DNA of 64,000 nucleotides from Saprolegnia diclina VS20. Its lineage: Eukaryota. A program made the translations under genes and the position numbers. The stretch is from positions 1,135,293-1,199,292 of the forward strand of contig NW_008246071.1 in assembly GCF_000281045.1 (NCBI RefSeq). Direction: 5' to 3'. Shown here piece after piece: positions 23,701 to 36,063 of this stretch; the first letter of the stretch is position 1, and each line of letters begins with the position of its first letter. The notes below the pieces were generated by a model, which ran no database searches, was not told the DNA's origin, and was given only the letters and a program-made list of their open reading frames with translations.

Positions 23701-24793
23701 TTGGACTCTCGCAACGGACGCACGTACATCGACCCACGTCTTCCATGTCGATTCGTCTTGGAACCAGTCGGCCCAGTTTTTACCCGGAAGCGGCGTAAAC
23801 AAATGCTGACGCAGCGCGACGCGATAGAGCTCTTCGTAGGTCTTGGCCGCGTACTTGACGGTGCGAGAGATGCCCAGTGTCTCGTGGACGCGCGCCGTGA
23901 TGTACAAGACGTCGACAAACCACTCGGTCTACAAGCTGATGCACAATACTGTCATATCGCTGTCGCGATACCTTGGCGATGTCTTTGTCGATGATGAATT
24001 TACAGTACTCGCAGCACTGCTCCAAGAGCTCCTTGCCGTCCGACGATGTCACGTCGATCTGCTGGAAGACTATGCGCTGAAACATGAGCACGACTGCGTG
24101 GTAGATGACGCGGTCCACGAGCTTGAACTGCGGATACGTCTAGTTCACAGCGTATAATAAATAGTCCACTAATGGCGTAGCGTACAAACAGCAAGGTCCG
24201 CGCCGTGCCGAGGGCGTTAGGGAAGTCCCCGAGGCCTTCAAAGACCTGGAGGAGCTCGAGCATCACAAATGGGCTCGTTGCGACTTCCAAATACTTGAGT
24301 CCATACTGCATAATACCTGTATCAATCCCCCGTGCACAGCATTCGACGCGTATACCTCATAGCACTTTTTTGCGTCCCAGAGAAGACCCCACGCATGCGT
24401 GCGCTCCCACTGGAGGTAGCACGCCTTCCCGAGCGTGCGCCACACCTTGCCGCTGCTGGCACCGAGGTAGATGGCTTGGCCGAGGCGCTCGATCGCCTTC
24501 ATGTAGTTGCCGAGCTCGTATTGGCTGTAGCCTTGTCGCTCGTAGCTCTTGGGGTGGTCCGGGTACCAGTCAATGTACGACTGGTGGTACTGCGAGATGA
24601 CCGAGTAGACAGCGCGATGGAACGTCGCGTGGAGTAGCGTCGCCTTGGTGGTGGCGAAGAGCGCCGCCTCGTCCTCCTTGGACTTGGGTTTGGTGATGAT
24701 TTGGAGCGCGGCGACCGAGTCGGTATTGAGCTTCTTATAGTCGCGCGGCTTCTTGGGCGCCTTCTTGACGACGCCATCGCGCTTGCGCGGCAT
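20773..24793 (-). CDS. TPR + IQ-motif + RNI-like LRR protein (many short exons; could be two genes)
   Basis: TPR-like YELGNYMKAIERLGQAIYLG..VWRTLGKACY, IQ motifs AASTIQRRVR and ARKIQAIYRGRRAR, and LRRs LKRLELPGNKIRDAGA, LHLLDLSDNSIGSLGG. Several junctions checked as canonical GT-AG. Confidence 0.65.
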
Positions 24794-25015
24794 GCGTGTC
24801 GTTTCACTCGTTACAACCCTACCCCTCCCAACTTCAGACACATTGTCCACAATCACCCCGAGACGGCGGCAGCAACTTCAGTCGACCGCATACGATGCGA
24901 CTTGATGAAGAACCATACAATGACGCACAGCTCGTCACGGGTCTCTCCTGTTTGTGAGATTCTGCTATCTGAGAGCAAAGTTTGCAAAAAGGAGGAAACC
25001 AAAATGCTTCCATAA

Positions 25016-26390
25016 TTACATGCCAAATTCGCCGAAAAAATCCACGTCCTTCTTGACGACCTTCTTGGGCTCGGGCTTGGGCAAAGGCTCGGGCTTGGGC
25101 GTTGCGTCAAGCGGCGTGGCAGGCGGGAACGTCGCGGCTCTCGGCTCGGGCGCTTCCAGAGGGGTCGCCGACGACTGCGAAAACGACTTTAAGGACGAAG
25201 TCGAACCACCATGGATGCCTTCGTACGCGCTCGTCTGCGGCAGCGTCGGGTTGGTGCGCGGGAACATACCACCATGGCTATCGCGATCGTCTTGCGCCGA
25301 CGTATCGACAAGCGACTGCGCGTTCTTGAGAAGCGAGCTGGTCGTCGACGTGAGGAAGGACCAGCCTGACGACGCCGTCGACTTGACCGACGTTGTGAGC
25401 TCCGGGTCCGCGAGCTTGGACTGGACGCTGCTCCAGCCCGACGACACCTTGGTCGAGAGGTCCTGGTCTTTGACGAGGCTCGCGGCCGACGACGCCGCCG
25501 ACGAGACAGTCGTCGAGAGAAAGCTAAACGCGCTGCCGAGGGTACTACGCAGGTCGGACCGTAAAGACACCGTGAGGTCGATAGACCAAGACGTACTCGG
25601 TGACATCGCCGTAGCCGCCGCTGGAGCTATGGTTGCTGCTCGAGACGCTGCCACCGCTGCCAATGCCTTGCATGCCCGACGAGCCAAACTTGGCGGCCAT
25701 GCGGGCACGGGCTTCTTCACGAAGACGCATTTGCCTACCCTCCTTGCATGAGCAAGAACTACGATGCAAACACAGATCGTGGCTACCGGGCAACGTAGTC
25801 TTGTTCGCTCTCGCCCTTGAGGGCTTCGACGCCAAGCGTGTCCGAGCTGCCATGCGACGACGACGACGATGCGCTCGAGGCCGCCGCCGGGTTGTGCGAC
25901 GGGTCCCAGCGCGGCAAGGGCGTTGGCGACGAGCCTTCCACAAGCGCCTGCAAGCGCGCGCGGAAGGCCTCTGCCTGCGGCGTGTTGTACTTTTGCGCAA
26001 TTGTCAACGTCTTGGGCACGCCAGCCGCGTTGAACTCGCTGCGGAAATGGTCGTTGCCACCGAGCTAGCCCCCTCTGTAAGGAAACAGGGCCACACGGCG
26101 ACTATGGCGGTCATACCTGCATCATGCGGATCTGCTTGTCCGTCCACGAGTCCATTGTCACGGAGCGCACGAACGAGATGTGCACGCCAAGGCCGCGGTG
26201 GCGGCCCGAGCACTCGAGGCACATGAACGTGCCATACGAGACGGTCGCCCATTGCGGGTACGGCGCGTCGCAGTCGACGCATTTCTACACCATGCTTGCA
26301 TGAGCCGCCATCGATGCATCATCGCCGTACGTTGTTGCCGGGCAGCTTCCGCAGCTCCTGCTGCACGGCCATGGCCATCTGGTGTGCCAT
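25016..26390 (-). CDS. ADP-ribosylation factor GTPase-activating protein (ArfGAP1/Gcs1-like), multi-exon
   Basis: LRKLPGNN|KCVDCDAPYPQWATVSYGTFMCLECSGRHRGLGVHISFVRSVTMDSW, i.e. the CxxC-x16-CxxC-x4-R zinc finger. Low-complexity C-terminus with GWS motifs, ending DFFGEFGM*. Confidence 0.92.
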
Positions 26391-27169
26391 CTTGACGTCG
26401 CTTTGCGTTTTGGCGGCCGCGTCAGTCGCCGCCAACGCCGTCTCTTGACGTTTGTATGTCGCCGGTGGCCAATCAGCGCTCGTCCAGTGTCGAGTGAAAT
26501 CTAGAGCAAAAAAGAACCGGCGCAGGCAGGCGCTTGACCTGGCTTGACGCACGCCATGGCCCCAAGGCAGGCTGCGCGGCCGTCGTAGCCCAATGTGCTA
26601 TTGCTGTAGAGACCCTCGCCCAAGGTGCTGTCGTCGTCCCAGCGCACTGCACGCCCTCGTTGATCCTGCTTGGCGGAACGCGAAAATGCGACCATTACGC
26701 ACAACATGGTTCCTCGGGTTGCAATGTACAGCTATCTCTTGTCGTCACGCTGATCAACTCTGCGCCACGCGCCACGAGCCCGCGCCAAGGCCAAGGTGCC
26801 AGCGATCATCGACACCTCGCTGGTAGCCGCCACTACCTCGTGGAGCCTCGCCGGGCATCCTATTTGCCTGCCATAGCTTGCTGCATCCAAGACTAGCGTG
26901 TAGACACGGGCTACGTCCTTGCGGCCATGAGCTTGGCCTCGTGTGCCCGGCAGGCAGGCGAGGGCCATGCTGCCCACGCGATCTTGCGTGCGCTGGTCCT
27001 CTTATGAGCAGGATGTTGTTCGATTACACGCGCAATCGAAGTTCGATGGCATTTCTTTGGGTGCGAACGATTTGTATTGGATATTTGTACTGTATAATAA
27101 AAAAGCAAATGGCCTCGAAGCGCGACTCGAAGTTCGAACGTCGCCGGCCATATTGGCATCACTGACTGC

Positions 27170-30100
27170 ATGCAAGGAGCGGGCCACCAGATCTCGTCGC
27201 CATCGCCGGGCGTCGCCCTCGAGTCGAAGAAGCTCGCGCGGTTCTTCTCCGAGGACAAGCCGCCCCGGAAGCGGCTCGCGACCGCGCTCGAGTTCCTCAA
27301 GACGTCGGGGCCGGACCAGCAGGACCTCTTCTGGCGCGACGTCGTGAACGGCAGCACCTTCTTCAGCGTCCTCCATGCGTACCTCACGGAGCTCGAGACG
27401 ATGTACGTCGTCATGGACAAGGCGAGCGTTATCAACAAGCTGCGCAACCGCAAGTTCCAGACCGAGGACTGGACCGACGTCTTTGAGGGCCTCGAGATCC
27501 TCATCAAGAGCAACAAGAGCCTCCTCGCGTCCGGCTGGCAGCACAACCGGTTCCTCACCATCTTCCAGAAGCTCCTCCTCGCCGACAACATGCCGTTCAT
27601 CAAGAAATACGCCTTCCGGTAGACACGTCCGACTCGTATATGCTCATTAGCCTCTAGCTGCCTCGCGCTCTACGCCGACATCCTCATGGACGCCGACTTT
27701 GACATGCGCAACACAGCGACGCTCCTCGACTCGACGTCGACCGAGAACGTTCAGCTTGGCTTTGGCTTTTCCCACCTCGACTTGCTCGCCGAGTCGATCG
27801 ACTTTTCGCCGTATGCGAGCGGGAACGCCAATGTGTACCTGCCGCCGCGCCACTACACGGAAGGCGCCGTCGTCGGCTGGGAGCGCCCGGGGCCGACGCA
27901 GGCCGAGGAGCCCGTCGATATGCTCAAGTACGTCATGGACTTGAGCCTCGAACGCAGCGACAACATCAAGGACGTCGACGTGCAGCGCTTTATGTTCTGG
28001 TGCAACGTGCTCATGGGTTCGTTCATGCCGCTGCTGTATCCCAAGGTATGGCTCGTACGCTTTGACCATGACTGCACAACGATGGCTAGGTGTGCATCGA
28101 AGTCGGCTTCAAGGAGAAGACCGACAAGCTCGGCTTCTTCCACCACTGCCCCGGCAGCTTCCAGCGCGTCATGGCCCGCTGGCTCTACAAGCTCCGGTCC
28201 AAGCAGAAGTTTATGGACGCGCTCTGGTCTCGAAAAGACTATGTCGACGTGGTCATGGAGACGCTGCGCCAGCGCTTTGCGTACCGCGACCCGGAGCTCA
28301 TTGTCGACGGCATCAAGTTTTACGCGCAGCTCTGCAAGGGTACGCAGTACATGCCGCCCGTGATGAAGGCAAATCTCCACGAGGTATCAACTTGATAATT
28401 TGCGTTTGCCAACGCGTTTTGGGTAGCTGCACCGGTCGATGATCGGCCACGTGTCGCAGGTGTTCCATCCTGGCGCGCAATTCGACGACAGCAACATCTT
28501 TCTCATTGGCATTGAGCTCATGGAGCTCCTCTCGCAACAGCGCTTGCACGTGCATTCGTTCGCCGTCCTCCGCAAGGTAGGCTTCACGAGACCAATTGTG
28601 TCCAAAGTATGGGTGTAGGCGGTGCTGGCGACGACCGATGCGTCCTACTGCCTCCGCGACAACCCGCCCGGCCAAGTGGTCTTGACGCCTATGGTCTCGA
28701 CCGTGTTCCACACGTGGATCCACGGCCTCGCGCAGCCCAACGGCGCGTCCGTCGAGGTGTGGGCCGAGCTCGCGACCATGGTCAAAAAATGGCTCATGAA
28801 CCCGACCACGTCGGTCGCGTTTGGGCTCGAGCTCATTCGGCGCTGGAAGCTTGAGCTCTTGACGCTAAGCCACGTGCTGCAGCTGTATTTGGCGGCCGCC
28901 GTCGACAAGGAAGAAATGGGCCGCGAATTCTCTTCGTTTCTGATCCACGACGTGGCCGTCGATGCCGATAGATCGGTGGTTGTCGTCGACCGACTCTTGC
29001 ATGTGCTTTCGCCGAGTACGATCGCGTCGCTTCGACCGCAATTGAGCCAAGCCGTCCAAGACGCGGTGCTTGAAGTCGTCAAGTTTTGGAGCGACAAGCC
29101 CCACCTTGCGTCGCCCAGCACGATCGTTGCGCTCTTCGGCGAGTGGTTCCTTCCGGCCTGTGACCTCACGTCGTCCGAGATGGAAAAAACGCGCTGCGTC
29201 GCGCTCGAGACGGCGTGTACGATCTTGACGCAGCGCGCGGCGGCCTCGCTGATTCCGGCTCATGCTGCGACCTTGGCTCAGATTCTCTTGAGTGCACTCC
29301 AAGACGACAGCCGCACGAACGTGGTCTCGACGGTCTTGCACCACGGCGCCGAGCTCTTCACGCGCTCGATTCCCGGTGTCATTGTGCTCGTGCCGGCCTT
29401 CCTCCGCACGATCGACACGATGATTGGCAGTGTTGGCGCGCTGCACCGCAACCTCCTCGCCGGCGGCGACAAGTCGAATGGCACCCGTCGCATGCCGCGG
29501 TTTGGCAACGAAATGAAGCGCAACATGCTCTCGTCGATGGAGATCCTCTTTGCCCTCTTACCGCTGCCCGCGCAGCTCCCCGAGCTACCGGACCTCAGCA
29601 TCGCGTCGCACCTCGAGACGCTGCCCGAAGACGTGCACATTCCGGCCATGGACGCCGAGGTACGCGATGCTGCCAAGTTGAATGCTAACGTGTCGCCTCT
29701 AGTTGCACGATGTGGCCGGCCGCTGCTTTACCCGCATCCTTGAGTTTACGTTTCCGGACGTGACCGACGTCCAGCAACGCGCGCTCTGGGGGCTCTACGT
29801 GCTCATCGTTGTCCAGCTCAACACGGCGCCGTCGCCGCTCGTCAAGCAGTACGTGGTGTTGCTCTGTGACACGTGCGCGTCCTCGGATGCGGGCTTGGCG
29901 CTCACGGCCTTGTCCGTGGTCCACGCACTCCACCGGTTCCACGCGTCGCTCCTCGCGTACGAGCCGGCGTTAGTGCAGCACATCGTCATGGCGCTTTCAC
30001 TCCTCGTGCAGCAGCAAGTTGAAGATGCTTCGAACGTTGTGCGCGAGATCCTCGAGACGGCGCCAGTCGAGCCAACGTCGCCAATGGCGAGTCTGACGCA

Positions 30101-33100
30101 CTCGACGTCCGAGAGCAGCGTGCATGCGCAGGGCGGACGCAAGCGCAGCAATTCGTGGTCGGGCTCGGTTCGCGGCCTGGAAAAGCCGACGGCCGACAGC
30201 ACGTCGCTCAAGGCCGCTGAAAACCCCGTGCTCAAAACGATCGTTGCCAAAACCACGGCGGTCTTCGAGACGCTGAGCGACTGGGTGATCGAGTGCGATA
30301 CGATCCTCCACGACCCGGCCGTGCTCAAGCTTCTCTTTGATGCGCTCGAGGCCGCGCTCATCGGTAGCATTCCCGACGGCGCGTGGCAGCTCCAAGTGGA
30401 GCAGCAGCGCACGGTCGAGCACAAGATGGACATGCCATTGCTCTTCCTGGGCCTCGCGATGCGCGCGTCGCTGGACGGCGACCGCCACAAGCCATCGCTC
30501 CAGGTACGTCGACAACGTGTCGCGTCCGATTGTGGTGATGGCGTACGTAGTGCTTCTCGGACATTGCGATGGCAGCCGAAGGCTTCCTTATGCACCTTGT
30601 ACGACGGAATATGCGTGCATTTGGAGATCTGAGGTTGTCGGTAGATGCACCATTTGCATGGGTTTCCTTCGCCGGCCGGTGTCGACCAGCTCGTCTCGTC
30701 GTGCACCGAGTTCCCGGACGAGCCCGAGACGTTGCCGCCCAACGCGCTGAGCTTCATCTACATGAACTCTATCGTGTTGACCGTCGTCGGAAGGTACAGA
30801 GCGTCATCGTCGCAGCCAAGCGCTCATATTCGGTAGCGTTGACGCGGCGACCGCGCGGATCGTGGCGCGCGACATGACGGGCACGTACACATGGGACGCT
30901 ACGATGCCGTTGGCGTCGTCTTTGCCAATGCCGTCGCTGCCAACAGGCGATACTGACGTCGAGAGAGCGATGGACGAGCCGTGGACCAAGCATTTGCCGC
31001 CGCGGGCGTCGCCGGACCGCGAGCGCCTCGAGGTCGTCATGGACCACGCACTGGTGCTGGCGACGCAGCCGAGCTCGGACGTGTGTCCGCTCTGCGGCGG
31101 GCGTCTCCTCGAAAAACCTCCGCAGCCAAGCGCGGAAAAGGTGACGCAAATGGCGCCGTTCCCGGTCTTGCGCAAGACGGTGCCGAAGGGCAACACGCTG
31201 CCGTCCATGCCGCAGTACGTCTTCCACGACGAAACCCACGGCAGCAGCAATGGTTTGCACGACACGTACGTCTGCAAGTGCGACCCGGACGAGCTCCAAG
31301 CCAAGTCGACGCTCCCGACCCAAGTGTCGGACGCAACGTCGATCTGCAACCTCTTTTGCCTCCCAGAGGCGGCCAAAACCAGCGTCGGCGGCCTCGACCA
31401 CGAGCGGAGCCTTCTCGACTTGCTCGTCGACAGCATCCCGATGCACTTTCGCGATTGCGGCGGCGACCTCATCGACAAGACGCTCCTCGGCGGTCGCTTT
31501 ACGATGCAAAAGTACCTCGACATGGAGTGGGATGACATGTACACGACGGACGGCGGTCCGCTCCAGCGCGACGCGACCGACGTGCCGGGCTTTAGCTTTG
31601 TGCAGCGGCTGCTCCACGACGAAGAGTGCTACGCGTACCTCAAGACGTTTTTGCAAAAGGAAGAGAAGGGCAAGGAGCTCATTGAATTCTGGTACGACAT
31701 ATGGATCGTCGAGATGTGGCAACTTCATTTGTGCGTGACTAGCGACGGCGTGAAAAAGTACGAGCGGTCCTTTGAGGGCAACGACCGCGTCTCGCAAGCG
31801 ACGCTCTTGTACTGGGAGTTCTTCTCGCCCGAGAGCGTCTCGTTCACGGCGTTTCCGTTCCAAATTGCGTCCAAGCTCCAGCACGCGCTCCAGGCGGCGC
31901 AGGCGACGACCGACGCCACGCCGCTGCCGCTGACCCTTTTCCAGGACGCCATGGACTACGTCGAAGACACGTGCTTCCTTGGCGAAGGGCGCCTCGATCG
32001 GTTCGTGTCCATGCTCAACGACGCGCACGCCAAGAGCTTGCATCCGCCGGCCGACGGCAACTGGAATGCATTCGTGGTGCCGCCGCAGCTCGCGCTCTAC
32101 GACGCCTTCTCGGTACCTCTTGTGCATCAAAATCGCGTGCGAATGTCGCGATAGGTCATGGAGCTCAACGTGCGCATCTGCGCTGAGACGCTCGAGGTGA
32201 AGAAGTCCAACACACTGCTGCAGCCGGCGCTGCCGTCGTCGACGATCGCGCTCCCGACCGCGTCCAAGATGCGGATTTCACCGCTCGATGTGTGCCGGCT
32301 CTGGCTCGCACAGCTCGGGATCCTTCCGAACGAGAGCACCGTGGGCCAGAACCACGTGCTCATCCTCGAAAACGGCGTCAAGCTGGAGCGGTCGCTCAAG
32401 CACTTGGACAAGACACCGTCGCGCGAGACCATCAAGATTGGCATCGTCTACGTCGGGAAGCACCAATCGCAGCAGCACGAAATCCTTGGCAACACGCACG
32501 GCAGCGCCGAGTACGAAGAGTTTTTGCTCGAGCTGGGCTGGCCCGTACGTTGCGTGGAGCTCTTCTGTAGCCTGAGCGTTCGTAGATCACGCTCGCGACG
32601 CACAAGGGCTTCACGGGCGGCTTGGACCACAACCCCAAGTCGCTCTCGAATGGCCCGTCGACGATCTACTATGCCAACTCGACGACCGAAGTCGTGTTCC
32701 ACGTCGTGACCAAGATGCCGACCAAGGCCAACGACCCGCAGCAAATCGACAAGAAGCGCCACGTTGGCAACGACCACGTGCACATTGTCTGGAGCGACAA
32801 CCCGCAGGCGTACACCCAGAGCACGATCACGAGGTAGGAGCCGCTCGTATGTTGTTGTTGTTGCTCATGTCATCGTGTAGCAACTTCAACTTTGTGCAGA
32901 TCGTCGTGTTTCCGCTGCGACAGACGTCTGAGGGCCTCTTCCTCATCAACGTGCTCACAAAGCCCGACGTACATATTGTCTCGTACAGCTTGGGAATGTG
33001 ACATGAGCGTAGGTGCCGCTCTTTGGACCGCTCATGGACGGGATGGTGGTCACGCGCCGGGACCTCCCCGAGCTCCTTCGCCAGGTACGATTGAGGTGGA

Positions 33101-33303
33101 GATACGTACTTGAAGCAGTGTAGACGGTCATGAACGCCAACCGCGCGTGCCGGCAGCAGTCGGCGTGGTACCTTCCGCCGTACCCGACGCGCCGCAAGCT
33201 CATTGACGAGATTGTCGAGCGCTACGCGACCGACTACAGCGAAAAGAGCATGCTCACAAGCCTCTTCAAGATCCCGTCGCCCGCCGAAGGCCACAGCATC
33301 TAG
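27170..33303 (+). CDS. Ral GTPase-activating protein alpha-like / tuberin-family Rap-GAP protein with internal RGS domain (multi-exon)
   Basis: The C-terminal RapGAP domain (LKHLDKTPSRETIKIGIVYV..GSAEYEEFLLELGW..EVVFHVVTKMP..KKRHVGNDHVHIVWSD..FGPLMDGMVV) closely resembles RalGAPA. N-terminal HEAT-like solenoid; RGS-like segment at about 31590-32020; stop TAG 33301-33303. Confidence 0.85.
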
Positions 33304-33590
33304 CCTCGTCACGTCCCATCATTATGCACCGCGTTGTAACCCTAGCCCGGATCACACTTTTGTGTTCTCGTCTTGCGCTCTAGTTCAGCGGCACGTCCCG
33401 TTGACGCGCTGGTGTGTTGGCAGAGGCGCTTGCTTGTTGAACGCTGCATCGCTCTTCTTGTCGAGCGTAAAAATCCGACACTTTTCGGGAAAACGACGTG
33501 GTGACGTCGGCACGCTTCGTCAACGGGCGCTTGATGGCTTGGTCAACGGCTTCTTTCGCAGCGCTGCACGGTGGCATTTCGGAATAAGCA

Positions 33591-34574
33591 ATGCTCCGCC
33601 GTATCGCTCTCGCTGTGCTCCATGTACGCACGCCATTATTGCGTTGGCGCCGTGTTGAATGGACGCACTAGGCCGTGCCGCTTGTCATCTTGCTCATGAT
33701 GTGCATCTGGATGGGGGTGACGCTGACGATGTACAAGACGAGCGTCCTCAGTCAAGTGACGGCCGTGGACATTGCGGGCTTCTCCGTGCGCTATTCGGAC
33801 GCGCACCTCTTCAACTGGCACCCGGTGCTCATGACGTTTGGGCTGCTCTTTTGCTCGTACGAAGGTACGTGCATCTTCTTTGCCGCCTGCGATTGGAGTC
33901 ATTATAGCGGCGCTCGTGTTTGTGACGGCGCCCTTTGACCACGACACCAACAAGACTGTGCACGCGACGTTGCACGGGCTCGCGCTGCTCTCGGCGGTCC
34001 TCGGCGCGATTGCAGTCTTTTCGTATCATTTTGCCCAGAACATTCCGAACCTGTACAGCCTCCACAGCTGGCTCGGGCTGCTGACCGTCGTCGCCTTTCT
34101 TTCACAGGTTGCCACCATAGTGTAGCGTGCGTCCGCTGACGTGTGTGGATAGATTGTCGTGGGCTTTGTGGCGTTCTTGTACCCGGGTCTCGCGGCGCGC
34201 TGGCGGCTTGCGCTGGTGCCGTACCACGTTGGCTTTGGCCTCGCGGTCCTCGGGCTTGTGGCTGCCACGATCGGTCGACTCGTCTGTGTGTCTGGAGTGT
34301 ACTGACGCCGGAGTCTTTAGTGACGGGCATCATGGAGAAGCTCGGGTTCAACGGCTCGTGCAACGTTTCCGGCAAGCTCGACGGACGCGACGTCCGCGGC
34401 TACATGGCGCCGGACTGCATGCTCGGCAATGCGATTGGGCTCTTGGTGGCGCTGACGTTTGCCAGCGTTGCGATGACGGTGATCGTCTCGAAGCTCCCGA
34501 CGCCACCCCGCGGCCCGATCGAACTGGCGATGGACGGGACGGAGACTGTGCCGTTGATGGCCCACGAAAACTGA
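33591..34574 (+). CDS. Cytochrome b561 family transmembrane ascorbate-dependent reductase (multi-exon)
   Basis: Four haem-ligand histidines in FNWHPVLM, KTVHATLH, NLYSLHSWLG and VPYHVGFG; TGIMEK motif; hydrophobic helices. Confidence 0.9.
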
Positions 34575-34947
34575 CGTGCTCATGGACCCCTTGTGTAGTT
34601 GACTGTGCCTACCTCGTTTCCCAGCTGTGTGACAGCGTAACCAAACGAGCTCTTGTCGCTGTGCCTGATGTGGCCGAATTGGGAAGGGTTTGTGGGAGGA
34701 CCCCCAATGCAGAACGAACACGCGCGGGGTGTCAGGGTGTAAGGGTGTAAGCGGATGTATCGTGAGGGTTGCTTGTAGTGGGGCGTAGGTGGTAGTATGG
34801 ACTTGGACCTACCTGTCCGTCGACTATCCCGGTGGCCGGATTTTTGGCGCCAAATCCGAATACGGTGCCAGCTGGTGGTAAACCTCTGAAACGGCATATC
34901 GGGTTCGTATGTAGTTTTAGAGACAGGCCACAAATCACAAGCGCAGC

Positions 34948-35991
34948 ATGGAGTTCTTCGCAGCCTCGCCCGAGGTGGATGCCACCGCGCTCTTCAAGGA
35001 CGCCATCGTCGTCGCGGTACCTGCGCTGGTGGCAGCGCCTCTGCCTCATTGTCTCCTCTGCGCGTAGCCTGCCATTTCGTTTGCCAACATGGGCCAACTG
35101 GTCGTCGACGTCCTTGTCAACTCGGCGCTTGGGCAAGAGGTCGCGCTCGGCACCAAATTCGCTGGATGCTCATGCGTTCTGTGGTCTCTAGATGAACATG
35201 ACGCGCGTCGGCTACTTGTTCTCGAAGCGCGTGGCGCCGATGGCCGGCGCGGCGGCGTTTGCTACCCAGGCGGCCGGAGACCTCTGCCTCAACATGGAGG
35301 TCATTTCGCATCCTTTCGTGCTTGCCAGTCTCAACGATACGCTAGGTCTACCTGTTGTCGTACCCATTGCCCGGCTCGTCGGCAGTACAAAAAGTTGCCT
35401 TTGTGCAGCAGCGCACGTCGGTGCTTCCCGTACGCCCTCGATCCCGCCAAGGCTGCGCTAACAGCCGGAACAACTGTAGGGCCAAAGCGCTGCGTTTGTC
35501 CGCGAGTTTGTTGCGTGGTCCAAGCACGTGCAGGCAGCGTCTGTTCTTTTGCTTGCTGGCGCCGACAACATGCTCTGCCACGACCGCGACATGCACGTGT
35601 TCGTCCGCCTTGCGTTCCTTCTTCCTACTAACGACGTCGTAGGCACCGCATCAAGTGGGCGGGCGCCAGCACCAACGGTCCTCTCTTCAACGATGCGTTC
35701 TTGGCCATGATCCCGCGCCTGCCGCTGGTCGACGGCGACGCGACGGTGTGGGACGCAACGCGCGGCGCGGGCCTCGCGCCGGCCATGGACCGCGAAGCCG
35801 CCTCGCAAAAGCTGACGTTTCTGTCGTTTGTGCTGTTCTGTGCCGAGGGCAACAACGTGCCGGACGCCGTGTACCTCTCGAGCTGCGTCGCGCAGTACCT
35901 GCAGCTGCCGCCAACCTCGTTCAAGCTCCAGCTGCCGCCGTCGTGGAGCCATTTGTTTGGTCGGGACCCGTCCGTCTCGCTCTTCTTGTAG
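34948..35991 (+). CDS. PSMG2: Proteasome assembly chaperone 2 (PAC2), multi-exon
   Basis: PAISFANMGQLVVDVLVNS, FVQQRT, RGAGLA, FCAEGNNVPDA and PPSWSHLFG match the PAC2 family pattern. Confidence 0.85.
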
Positions 35992-36063
35992 ATATACCGT
36001 AGTTTTGGCCTAAAAAACGGGAAAATCACGACGACCTTTCTATTGCTACGGTTTCGTACTTCC

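Noticed and set aside
26500..27100. Possible small gene or pseudogene between ArfGAP and RalGAP-like genes (similar weak coding look at 16760-17160 and 59200-59600)
   Set aside because: No coherent exon chain or recognisable motif. Treated as intergenic.
34681..34800. G-rich stretch with AGGGTGTA repeats (telomere-like or G-quadruplex)
   Set aside because: Only two or three imperfect units, not TTTAGGG, with irregular G-tract spacing. Insufficient evidence.
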